Shown here: in pieces, positions 1 to 7,903 of the stretch
Layout: the number at the start of each line of letters is the position of its first letter
Position numbering within the stretch: position 1 is the stretch's first letter
Origin: Oligoflexus sp.
GTDB taxonomy: Bacteria > Bdellovibrionota_B > Oligoflexia > Oligoflexales > Oligoflexaceae
Assembly: GCA_041736305.1 (NCBI GenBank)
Contig: JBGSTX010000028.1
Location: forward strand, 1-19,127
Direction: 5' to 3'
DNA length: 19,127 bases
Program-made: the position numbers and the translations under genes
The notes under the pieces: model-generated
The model's input: only the letters and a program-made list of their open reading frames with translations
Told to the model about the DNA's origin: nothing
Databases searched by the model: none

Positions 1-23
1 AGCTCAATTTCATAGAAGCAGAC

Positions 24-39
24 TGGCACAACGATTGCT
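24..39 (+). promoter_or_regulatory. sigma54 (RpoN) -24/-12 promoter for the gspC-like gene
   Basis: TGGCAC-AACGA-TTGCT is an exact match to the TGGCAC-N5-TTGCW consensus, 77 nt upstream of ATG 117; predicted TSS near 50. Confidence 0.85.
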
Positions 40-59
40 TAGGAACTGACAGGATCTAG

Positions 60-116
60 TTGCTCCTCCTCCTGCTCCTCCTACTGTTGTTCTGGCTGCC
101 GCTGAAAGGGATCTGA
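60..116 (+). CDS. putative Leu-rich leader peptide (18 aa, MLLLLLLLLLFWLPLKGI)
   Basis: TTG CTC CTC CTC CTG CTC CTC CTA CTG TTG TTC TGG CTG CCG CTG AAA GGG ATC TGA; AGGA at 51-54; the TGA directly abuts the in-frame ATG 117. Translation is unproven. Confidence 0.35.
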   Translation: MLLLLLLLLLFWLPLKGI

Positions 117-806
117 ATGAAGAAGCTGTTTTCTATCCTCCTCTTGTTACAAACATTTTCTAGTATTGATACGGCTCAAGCGGATGCGTTTGAGTACAAT
201 GTACTAGGGGTTATCGCCAGCTCGCAGAGCCAGCGAGGTGTGGCTCTTATCAAGAATAAGACTACCGGCCGGGTTACAGCATTCCATGTAGGTCAGGAGA
301 TTGCTCCTAATATCAAGATAATACGCGTTCACCGGAAGATGGTGACCTTTGTTAAAAATGAAAAGACCTATGACCTAAGAGTTGGAGATGATGCTCCGAC
401 TGAAGTGCAAAGTGGAATCGTCTCTCCTAGCGGCGGTAATTTCCCTGGCAATCTCTATCAGGCCGAAGGCATAGAGAGAGAAGGTAACACCCTAAAAGTA
501 ACCCGCGCGCTCAAAGAGAATCTAACCGGTGAGAATCTGAATAAGGTCCTCATGCAAGCGGCAGCCATACCCTTCCTTTCGGATGGCCGTCTAATAGGTT
601 TTCAGTTGCTTGAAATTGATCCAGGCAGCATCTTCGAAGTCGCCGGCATTAAAAACGGCGACGTGATCACTCATATTAATGAGCAGCCGATTAATGACGC
701 AGCATTGGCCATCAGAGCCCTCAATGCTCTCAAAAGCACCAACACTGCGAAATTCGGTTACCTCCGAGGCGGGAAGAACGAAGAGCTGGTGATTCAAATC
801 AACTAA
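117..806 (+). CDS. gspC: type II secretion system protein C-like (HR domain + PDZ domain) with N-terminal signal peptide
   Basis: HR-like segment VLGVIAS...ALIK...FHVGQEI...IIRV; PDZ segment GFQLLEIDPGSIFEVAGIKNGDVITHINEQPI; signal peptide MKKLFSILLLL...AQA; SD-like AAAGGG. Confidence 0.75.
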   Translation: MKKLFSILLLLQTFSSIDTAQADAFEYNVLGVIASSQSQRGVALIKNKTTGRVTAFHVGQEIAPNIKIIRVHRKMVTFVKNEKTYDLRVGDDAPTEVQSGIVSPSGGNFPGNLYQAEGIEREGNTLKVTRALKENLTGENLNKVLMQAAAIPFLSDGRLIGFQLLEIDPGSIFEVAGIKNGDVITHINEQPINDAALAIRALNALKSTNTAKFGYLRGGKNEELVIQIN

Positions 807-830
807 GCTCTTCGTCGCATACAAGTTAAG

Positions 831-2483
831 TCAGGAGGCGCGCAGCTTCCTTCTCAAGATTTTTCCGACATTCGACTTTGGCAGCTCCTTCTCAAAGGAG
901 TAATGCCGCGGCCGTTTGTAACCTGTCAGATTCTTTTCGCAGTGTTTCCTGAGTTCTTCCTCCGTCAGGGACGGGTCTTTTTTCACGACATGGGCCTTCA
1001 CGGCTTCACCGCTGTTCTCGTCAGGGACACCGACTACAGCTGCTTCCAATACCTTGGGATGCGAAGCCAGGACCTCTTCGATTTCGTTTGGATAAACATT
1101 AAAGCCGGAAACAAGTATCATATCCTTCTTCCGATCGACGACGTAGAAATAGCCCTTTTCATCCATCCGCACCATGTCGCCTGTATAGAGCCAACCATCT
1201 CGAATAGCTATGGCCGTCTCATCTTCTCGCTGCCAGTAGCCCAGCATCACCTGTGGACCTTTGACGATGAGTTCGCCAACCTCGCCAGGCCCTACATTTC
1301 GGCCTTCTTCGTCGACCACGCGCGCATCGGTCGAGGGCAAAGGCAAACCTATCGAGCCGGCTATCAGCTTATTCCCCATGGGATTGCAGTGCGTAACAGG
1401 AGAGGCTTCTGTAAGCCCAAAACCTTCGAGAACGCTGGATCCGGTAATCGACTGAAAAGCCTTAGCTACTGACGACTGCAGAGCCATTCCACCCGCCAAG
1501 GCAATTTTGATCGTTCGCGGCGCGAGCTTCTTGAATTCTTCGCTATTATTGAGAGCATTGAAGAGAGTATTGATCCCAGTCATAACTGTTATGCGGTATT
1601 TTTTGAAAATCTTTACCGTATTGATAATCGGCACTGGCTTAGGAACCAGTATCATTCTTCCTCCCATCGTGAGAAAGGAGAGGAAGTTCACACTCAAAGC
1701 AAAGATATGATAAAGAGGCAAGGCGGTCAGAATTGTTTCGCTTCCACTATCAACGTAGGGCCGCGCCCATTCCTGTATTTGTTTGACGTTCGAGATAACA
1801 TTGCGATGGGACAGCATAGCGCCCTTCGAGACGCCGGTGGTACCGCCTGTATATTGCAGTATCGCCAAATCATCCAACCTGATTTGGGGCTTCACGAAGG
1901 CTTTTGTTGCACCTTTTCGCAAAGCCTCTTTAAAGCTTACGCAACGCAGCTTGGACTTTGGTATCTGCCCTTTAAACTTAAGTATCGTATCAACTATCGC
2001 TCCCTTCCAGGTGGGGAGCTGGTCGCCGATGCTCGTCACGATTACTGACTCGAGGCTCGTCTCGCCAATAATCTCTTCGAGTTTATCGAGAAACATATCC
2101 ATGATGATGATGGATTTCGCACCGGAGTCGGCAAACTGATGCTTCATCTCTCGCGGCGTATAAAGCGGATTGGTATTCACGCAGACTGCACCTAGTTTAG
2201 ATGCCGCGAAGAGAGCAATCGGAAACTGGATGATATTTGGCAGCATGATTGCAAAGCGATCGCCTTTTTGTATGCCGGCTTCGTTTTGCAGGAAAGCAGC
2301 AAAGTCGCTGGATAAGCGCTCGAACTGCCGAAAGCTGATATCGGCACCCATACAGGTAAGGGCGATTTTGGAGCTATATTTTTGGCAAGTTTCCTCGATG
2401 AGAGCCGCTACGTGCGAGCCCTCCTGGATTTCGATACGAGGGCTAATGTTATCCGGATACTGCTTCAGCCACGGCTGAGTCAT
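831..2483 (-). CDS. fadD: long-chain-fatty-acid--CoA ligase
   Basis: ANL motifs YTGGTTGVSKG, GFGLTE, TGD, RKKDMI, SNVGKILRR. Start placed at ATG 2483 because GGAGG lies 9 nt upstream (the ORF track starts at GTG 2489). Confidence 0.93.
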   Translation of the reverse strand: MTQPWLKQYPDNISPRIEIQEGSHVAALIEETCQKYSSKIALTCMGADISFRQFERLSSDFAAFLQNEAGIQKGDRFAIMLPNIIQFPIALFAASKLGAVCVNTNPLYTPREMKHQFADSGAKSIIIMDMFLDKLEEIIGETSLESVIVTSIGDQLPTWKGAIVDTILKFKGQIPKSKLRCVSFKEALRKGATKAFVKPQIRLDDLAILQYTGGTTGVSKGAMLSHRNVISNVKQIQEWARPYVDSGSETILTALPLYHIFALSVNFLSFLTMGGRMILVPKPVPIINTVKIFKKYRITVMTGINTLFNALNNSEEFKKLAPRTIKIALAGGMALQSSVAKAFQSITGSSVLEGFGLTEASPVTHCNPMGNKLIAGSIGLPLPSTDARVVDEEGRNVGPGEVGELIVKGPQVMLGYWQREDETAIAIRDGWLYTGDMVRMDEKGYFYVVDRKKDMILVSGFNVYPNEIEEVLASHPKVLEAAVVGVPDENSGEAVKAHVVKKDPSLTEEELRKHCEKNLTGYKRPRHYSFEKELPKSNVGKILRRKLRAS

Positions 2484-2641
2484 GGACACTCACCTCCAAG
2501 TCATATTTTCACTCTAAAAAACTACTTCTCGATCTTCGTAGGCAACACATCACTGGTCGTTTTTTTAGGGTCTTTTCATTTGGAAAGTGTAAATATACCT
2601 GTGTCTTGCCCCTTCAGCTAGCTAAAAGAGAGTGTATAAGC

Positions 2642-3163
2642 TTGTTTTCATTAGACCGAGATCGCTGCGAAGACTTACTGATGCGCATTCAAGGACATTG
2701 CACGCAGAGAGGAATCACACTGGCCGCGGCTGAGAGTTGCACTGGTGGGATGATCAGCGCACTGCTCACCGAGCGTTCCGGGAGTTCGGCATTTTTTCAT
2801 GGTGGAGTCGTAGCTTATGATAACACCGTGAAACGAGAAATCCTCCAAGTCCCTGAGGCCGAATTGGCAAGGTTTGGGGCAGTTTCAGCCGAAGTCGCTT
2901 TATCGATGGCCCGAGGTGTATGTCAACTTTTACGGACTGACCTGGGTCTTGCCGTGACCGGAGTTGCCGGACCCGCGGGGGGAAGTCCGGAAAAACCTGT
3001 AGGGACTGTTTTCTGTGCCTGGGTAACACCAACCCGCAGCCAGGTGACGCGCCTCTCACTGAAAGGCGACCGAGCAGCTGTGCGCGCCCAGACCTGCTTA
3101 GAATCTTTGGAAGGACTTTTACAATTTTCTATCTTCGACTATTCGAAGGGATCGGGAGATTGA
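2642..3163 (+). CDS. pncC: nicotinamide mononucleotide deamidase (CinA C-terminal family)
   Basis: AESCTGG, GSS, GAVS, TGVAGPAGG, KPVGTV motifs. Start uncertain (TTG 2642 or ATG 2681; the track gives 2606). Confidence 0.9.
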   Translation: MFSLDRDRCEDLLMRIQGHCTQRGITLAAAESCTGGMISALLTERSGSSAFFHGGVVAYDNTVKREILQVPEAELARFGAVSAEVALSMARGVCQLLRTDLGLAVTGVAGPAGGSPEKPVGTVFCAWVTPTRSQVTRLSLKGDRAAVRAQTCLESLEGLLQFSIFDYSKGSGD

Positions 3164-3166
3164 TCA

Positions 3167-3811
3167 ATGCGTTATTTGATCATTGGCTTATTTTGCCTTG
3201 CACTCGGTGGAAGCGAGATTCTCGCCCAGCAGAAGTTATCGGATAAACAGGAGCAGCTCTTCTCAAGTATCGATCACCTTTCGGTAGATTTTACCCAGTC
3301 GACCTACAAGAAGCTCAGAGATAGGACCATTAGCCGCACGGGTACGGCTCACTTCTCCAAACCAGACATGTTCCGCTGGAATTTCTCTAGCGATAGTAGC
3401 GGACTTGAAGAGTATTACTTCAACGGCAGTCGGCTGACTCACTATCGCGAAAAGGAAAAAGTCGTCAATCACTACAACACCAATGCGGGGCTGGCTCGGG
3501 AACTGAACGAAGTCGTGAGTCTAGTGCTCGATCCGAAAACTCTCTTGAGTCGCTACAAGCTCAAGGAAAGCAAAAGTGAGGGTGGCCACACAAGTGTCAT
3601 CCTCAACCCTATGTCCCGCGAAAGCACTGATGTTGATTCTATTTTTGTTAAGATATCGGATACTCAGAAGTTTGTTGAAGAAGTCCAGATCTTTTACAAC
3701 GACGGCAATAACACAAAATTCTCCTTCAAAAACCCCAAAATGATGGCTAACGACAAGAAAATATTCATTTTTTCCCGCACCGGAAATTTCACCATCCGCC
3801 AACACGGCTGA
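3167..3811 (+). CDS. lolA: outer-membrane lipoprotein carrier protein LolA family
   Basis: Signal peptide; DFTQ, GTAHFSKPDMFRW and beta-rich C-terminal pattern typical of LolA; SD GGGAG; 3 nt after the pncC stop. Confidence 0.8.
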   Translation: MRYLIIGLFCLALGGSEILAQQKLSDKQEQLFSSIDHLSVDFTQSTYKKLRDRTISRTGTAHFSKPDMFRWNFSSDSSGLEEYYFNGSRLTHYREKEKVVNHYNTNAGLARELNEVVSLVLDPKTLLSRYKLKESKSEGGHTSVILNPMSRESTDVDSIFVKISDTQKFVEEVQIFYNDGNNTKFSFKNPKMMANDKKIFIFSRTGNFTIRQHG

Positions 3812-3815
3812 TCAT

Positions 3816-3854
3816 AAGCCTGGCAGGTCTGGCCAGGCTTTCTGCAGACTTTTT
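3816..3854 (+). terminator. putative intrinsic terminator after lolA
   Basis: 9-bp perfect stem AAGCCTGGC/GCCAGGCTT (3816-3840) followed by a broken T-tract. Confidence 0.5.
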
Positions 3855-3885
3855 CAATCCCCGAGAATACTAAGCTTAATTGTTG

Positions 3886-3913
3886 TAAAGTTTTTGGCCG
3901 CTACTGCCGATAA
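3886..3913 (+). promoter_or_regulatory. sigma28 (FliA/SigD-type) promoter
   Basis: TAAAGTTT-N12-GCCGATAA (TAAA-N16-GCCGATAA); both elements match consensus. Confidence 0.75.
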
Positions 3914-3976
3914 GGCTCCTGAGTGCGAGCTCTCTAGACAGTCAATTCCTTACAGCTCTCGCAGGAGACTTCTCTT

Positions 3977-5533
3977 ATGGCTCAAGAATCGGTCCGGTGG
4001 GAAGATTTTGACAAAATGCACGTTATTCGCAAGCTGAAAGAAATTGTCGGCAAGTGGTGGCGCGTTCAAATCAACTTTACCGATAAAAAGGGCTTTTTAC
4101 GCGGCGTTCCCGAAGGGAAATTCTTCAATCCTTTAAATCCGGTTTGTCAGGCCATCGTTGCTGACGAAAAGGGTTTCTCGAAACGGGTGGCTACAGCTCG
4201 TCAGACTACTGTGGAATCGATGCACAGCAAGAAGACACGCATCTCGCAAGATGCCTCAGGCTTCTCGGTAATCTCGGTACCGATTCACGTCAAAGGCGAC
4301 TTTCTAGGAACCGTCTTTGGTGACGGGTTTATTTGCGAAGATACAGCCCCTGCCCAAAAAACACTGATCCGCGGGTACCTGGAGCGTGATTTTCCCCAGC
4401 GCCGGGATCTGCTTGAAAAGCTAGATGATCTGCCAGTCCTTTCGTCGAAGGAACTTCACTATCTATCTGAACTGATTGAGCTTGTAGTAGACGAGATCCT
4501 GGCAATGCACAGAAATCTCGACGACGAAAAAAATAAGGTCAATGAACTTTCCAAGGAACTTGGCCAGCGCTATGGTTTCGACCGGATGATCGGTAAGTCC
4601 ATGGCGATGCAAGAGCTCTATCGCTTGCTCGAGCGGGTCTGCGACTCCGATACCACCGTCTTGGTTCAAGGTGAGAACGGAACAGGTAAGGAACTTATCG
4701 CCAAAGCTCTCCACTACAATTCAAAGCGGAAGAGCAAGCGATTCCTCATCGTCAACTGCGGTGCGTTCAACGATAACCTCCTCGAATCTGAACTCTTCGG
4801 TCACATCAAAGGTTCATTTACTGGCGCAGTCAAGGACAAGAAAGGTCTCTTCGAAGCAGCCGACGGTGGAACCCTCTTCCTCGATGAAATTGGTGACACA
4901 TCTCCTCAGATGCAAGTTAAGCTGCTCCGCGTGCTCCAGGAAGGCACTTACACGCCCGTCGGTAGTACCGAAGTAAAACGAGGCAACGTGCGGGTGCTGG
5001 CGGCTACTAACAAAAACCTTATAGAAATGGTCAAGGACGGCGAGTTCCGCGAAGACCTTTTCTACCGCCTCAATGTCATCAACGTTGTAGTCCCGCCTTT
5101 GCGTGACCGCAAGGACGACATTGTTTTGTTGGCTGACCACTTTCTAAATAAGTTCGCTAAGTCTTCCAATAGTCCAAAGAAGGTGATCATCAAAGATTGT
5201 CTCGAGCGACTCATGGACCACGACTGGCCAGGTAACGTTCGTGAGCTCGAAAACGAAGTTGAGCGCCTTTGCGTTTTGGCTGGCGACGGCAAAGACTTGC
5301 CACCAGACCTACTGTCCCAGCGCATCAAAGAAAGCACCAAGAAAAAGTTCCCAGGTTTACGCGTCAACGGTAACCTGAAGGACTCTCTCGAAGTGATGGA
5401 AAAGCAAATGATACTGGAAGGCCTCGAACGCACTGGCTGGAACAAATCACGCCTCGCCAAGGAACTCGGCATCAGCCGTGCAGGCCTGATTACTAAAGTT
5501 CAGAAGTATGGTCTCGAGAAGCGCAAGATATAA
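3977..5533 (+). CDS. sigma54-dependent enhancer-binding protein (PocR-like sensor, coiled coil, AAA+, Fis-type HTH)
   Basis: Walker A GENGTGKE, ESELFGH, GSFTGA loop, Walker B LFLDEIG, FREDLFYRLNV, WPGNVREL, C-terminal HTH; N-terminal PVCQAI...SGFSVISVPI...LGTVF resembles PocR; SD AGGAG. Confidence 0.92.
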   Translation: MAQESVRWEDFDKMHVIRKLKEIVGKWWRVQINFTDKKGFLRGVPEGKFFNPLNPVCQAIVADEKGFSKRVATARQTTVESMHSKKTRISQDASGFSVISVPIHVKGDFLGTVFGDGFICEDTAPAQKTLIRGYLERDFPQRRDLLEKLDDLPVLSSKELHYLSELIELVVDEILAMHRNLDDEKNKVNELSKELGQRYGFDRMIGKSMAMQELYRLLERVCDSDTTVLVQGENGTGKELIAKALHYNSKRKSKRFLIVNCGAFNDNLLESELFGHIKGSFTGAVKDKKGLFEAADGGTLFLDEIGDTSPQMQVKLLRVLQEGTYTPVGSTEVKRGNVRVLAATNKNLIEMVKDGEFREDLFYRLNVINVVVPPLRDRKDDIVLLADHFLNKFAKSSNSPKKVIIKDCLERLMDHDWPGNVRELENEVERLCVLAGDGKDLPPDLLSQRIKESTKKKFPGLRVNGNLKDSLEVMEKQMILEGLERTGWNKSRLAKELGISRAGLITKVQKYGLEKRKI

Positions 5534-5546
5534 GAGGGCATTATTT

Positions 5547-5572
5547 TTCCATTCAGGCGAGTGGGAACTTTA
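5547..5572 (+). terminator. hairpin after the sigma54 activator, possible weak terminator
   Basis: TTCCATTC-AGGC-GAGTGGGA 8-bp stem with two G-U pairs and a short T-run after it. Confidence 0.3.
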
Positions 5573-5618
5573 TCTCATGGAAGGGCATGAATCGATTTCA
5601 TGCACGGGGAGATCATAG

Positions 5619-5987
5619 ATGGGGCTCAAGATCTTTGGTAAGGGATCTCAGTTTGAAGGCAAGGCGCAAGACAATGAAAGTGACGCCACTCAAAATCGCA
5701 TAGAAAAGCTCGAAGCGAGTCTAAGCGATCTGGGGTCGGAAGTCATCAAGCTCCGGCAGGAAGTCAACACGCTTCTCGCGCGCCAGTATACATTCAAAAT
5801 GGCCTTGCGCCGCCTCAGAGAATTTCTGGAAGGCCGTGGCAATCAAGAGGAAAACGAAACTGTTCACGAAGAAGTGGCAGCCAATTTCCAGGAAATCTCG
5901 GTAGATTACGAAAGCAATGAGCGGCCAGCCTTAGAGCTAGCCGAGGCAGCACCTCGCAGCAATAAAGACAAGACCTCGCTTCATTGA
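5619..5987 (+). CDS. hypothetical coiled-coil protein with acidic tail
   Basis: SD GGGGAG; heptad pattern IEKLEASLSDLGSEVIKLRQEVNTL; stop overlaps the convergent RNase Z-like gene by 7 nt. Confidence 0.7.
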   Translation: MGLKIFGKGSQFEGKAQDNESDATQNRIEKLEASLSDLGSEVIKLRQEVNTLLARQYTFKMALRRLREFLEGRGNQEENETVHEEVAANFQEISVDYESNERPALELAEAAPRSNKDKTSLH

Positions 5988-7042
5988 TTTTGCAGCTCTC
6001 TTTCGACACCTTGCAGCTCGGCTTCTAGTTCTCCTTGGAGTTGCAGGGGATCAAGCCCTCTGAGGCCCTCAAAGAAAGCCTGGGCCTCTTCAGCTGCGAT
6101 TTCAGGCATTTGCCCGTAGATCCCCGATACATGGAAATTGTGCAGAAGCTCTGCTCCTAGAGCGGCGGCAAGCAGTGCGCTCTGCCTTGTAGTCAAGTGG
6201 GCTTTGTCTATGGCTCGCTTCTGATCACGATCGAGAAAACTGCATTCACAGATCACCTGCTGAGTTGATCCCAATCCGCTCCTCAAGCGCCCAAGATTAG
6301 CCCGATCAAAGCTAAAATCTGTGAGATAGGCTAATGAATGCGTGGGTTCAACTCTGATTAGCTCGCGTGCGAGTTCCGCGATCGACCAGTTCCGACCTCC
6401 AACTTCCAATAATTCATTTAAGCAGCCCTGTCGAAGCTTGGTCTGAAGTTGACTCAACCAAGGACCTGCTTTGAGATGGAGGGCAAGCAGCCGTTCACTC
6501 AGTACGCGGTACCGCGGAGGTGCAGCCAGCCGATATGCGACAGATGGAGTTCCTTTGTGATTGAGAACAACCGCTTGGACAAAAGTACCGTCTCCGAACT
6601 GACACAAATGCTCCAGCTTCTGTGAGCTCGTTTTACGCCTGATTTCAAAATCATCAGTATTTGAAAGCAGAGCTTCCTCAATTTTTCCGTCCGCATGAAT
6701 TTCTGAAACCTGAAATCGAATCTGCTCATCATCAATCAAGTTCCAGGTATAAGCTCGTAGTTTTGCCTGTACCCGATCAATAAAAGGCGCAGGCCCCCAA
6801 ATATGCAGCAAACGCTTGTGCGGCACGTTCACTCGTAGCAAGCGGTCAAAGCCAATGAAATGATCCATATGAGTATGGGATACGAAAATATTCTTCACCC
6901 GCAATAGATCTTTATGCGCCATAGCCTCAAGAGAGCCTAGGTCAAAAAGCAAAGCTTCACCGAGGCGTCGGATTAATACGAAAACCGCGGGGTCGCCCTG
7001 GAGGCCGTTGACTATGCGCAGTTCGAAGTTTACTTCACTCAT
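5981..7042 (-). CDS. ribonuclease Z-like metallo-beta-lactamase-fold hydrolase
   Basis: LLFDLG, SHTHMDHFIGFD (HxHxDH), WGP, YTWNL, AYLTD, AHLT, HNFH motifs; start overlaps the upstream nitrilase stop (ATGAGTGA). Confidence 0.85.
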   Translation of the reverse strand: MSEVNFELRIVNGLQGDPAVFVLIRRLGEALLFDLGSLEAMAHKDLLRVKNIFVSHTHMDHFIGFDRLLRVNVPHKRLLHIWGPAPFIDRVQAKLRAYTWNLIDDEQIRFQVSEIHADGKIEEALLSNTDDFEIRRKTSSQKLEHLCQFGDGTFVQAVVLNHKGTPSVAYRLAAPPRYRVLSERLLALHLKAGPWLSQLQTKLRQGCLNELLEVGGRNWSIAELARELIRVEPTHSLAYLTDFSFDRANLGRLRSGLGSTQQVICECSFLDRDQKRAIDKAHLTTRQSALLAAALGAELLHNFHVSGIYGQMPEIAAEEAQAFFEGLRGLDPLQLQGELEAELQGVERELQNQ

Positions 7043-7901
7043 AAAGCTCGGGGCGTCGATTGGCCAAGGCTGGTAAACGCTCTCTCACTTCGCTGATCCT
7101 CTGGCGCGAAATCTCGGCCAAGGCTAGACCGCCCACTCCTCCGGTATTAGCTAGAACATAGCCCCAAGGATCGACGATCATAGAATGCCCATAGGAATTT
7201 TTGCTGCCACCGTGGTTACCCACCTGATTAGAGGCGAACACGTAACTCTGCTGTTCTACGGCGCGTGCGCGAAGCAGCAGCTCCCAGTGATCCATTCCCG
7301 TCTGCATGGTAAACGCGGAAGGCAGGACGATCACATCCAGAGCCTTTGCGCTAGCCAACTTCTCGAAAAAGGCGGGGAAGCGCAGATCGTAGCAGATCGC
7401 CATTCCAACCCTAAAACCTTCGAGCTCGAAACTCACCAGCTTGTCGCCAGCTAAAAAGCCGTCGGACTCGCAGTACAGCGGCTGGCCTTTTTCGCCGAAA
7501 AGGTTGAAGAGATGGGTTTTGCGATAGCGGGCCACTTGCTGCCCTTGACGGTCAAAGACAAAGGTTGAATTGAACACGCGCTTGTGCCCCAAACGTCCTT
7601 TGAGCTTTTCTTCACTGAATTCATCCTCGCCAGGCTGCTCACCAAAACTCCCAGCGAAGAGACAAATCTTAAACTGACGAGCTGTTTCACTCAATCTTTG
7701 CAGTAGCTCACCTTTGAGGCTTTCGCCTTTATTGTAGATATGCTCATAGGAACCATGAAAAGCAAAGACCTCGGGCAAAAGGACCCAGTCCGCTCCTCGC
7801 TCGGCAGCCTGGGTTATCCATTTGAAGGCTTCTTCGATGTTGCGCTGCTTATCGTCGGTACTGTTCATGCAAACGCTGGCAAGAATCAGGCGATCTTTCA
7901 C
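7035..7901 (-). CDS. carbon-nitrogen hydrolase, Nit1/deaminated-glutathione amidase type
   Basis: Catalytic triad LPE, YRKTHLF, ICYDLRFP; AFT..TG..HWELLLRARAVE, SYGHSMIVDPWG. Start GTG 7901 (GGAG 8 nt upstream) or TTG 7907. Confidence 0.9.
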   Translation of the reverse strand: MKDRLILASVCMNSTDDKQRNIEEAFKWITQAAERGADWVLLPEVFAFHGSYEHIYNKGESLKGELLQRLSETARQFKICLFAGSFGEQPGEDEFSEEKLKGRLGHKRVFNSTFVFDRQGQQVARYRKTHLFNLFGEKGQPLYCESDGFLAGDKLVSFELEGFRVGMAICYDLRFPAFFEKLASAKALDVIVLPSAFTMQTGMDHWELLLRARAVEQQSYVFASNQVGNHGGSKNSYGHSMIVDPWGYVLANTGGVGGLALAEISRQRISEVRERLPALANRRPELYE

Positions 7902-7903
7902 GT

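Noticed and set aside
63..82. Minus-strand GGA repeats as a CsrB/RsmZ-like sRNA
   Set aside because: The GGA motifs are contiguous rather than in separate hairpin loops, and no minus-strand promoter or terminator is visible.
903..2478. Plus-strand ORFs antisense to fadD (189 aa and shorter), and similar shadow ORFs elsewhere in the window
   Set aside because: They lie entirely over well-supported genes and show no recognisable motifs or RBS.
5535..5572. CCATTC-AGGC-GAGTGGGA resembles the P2 stem of c-di-GMP-I (GEMM) riboswitches
   Set aside because: It lacks the GNRA tetraloop, the preceding GGCAAA and the following CGCAAAGC/P3 receptor; better explained as a simple hairpin.
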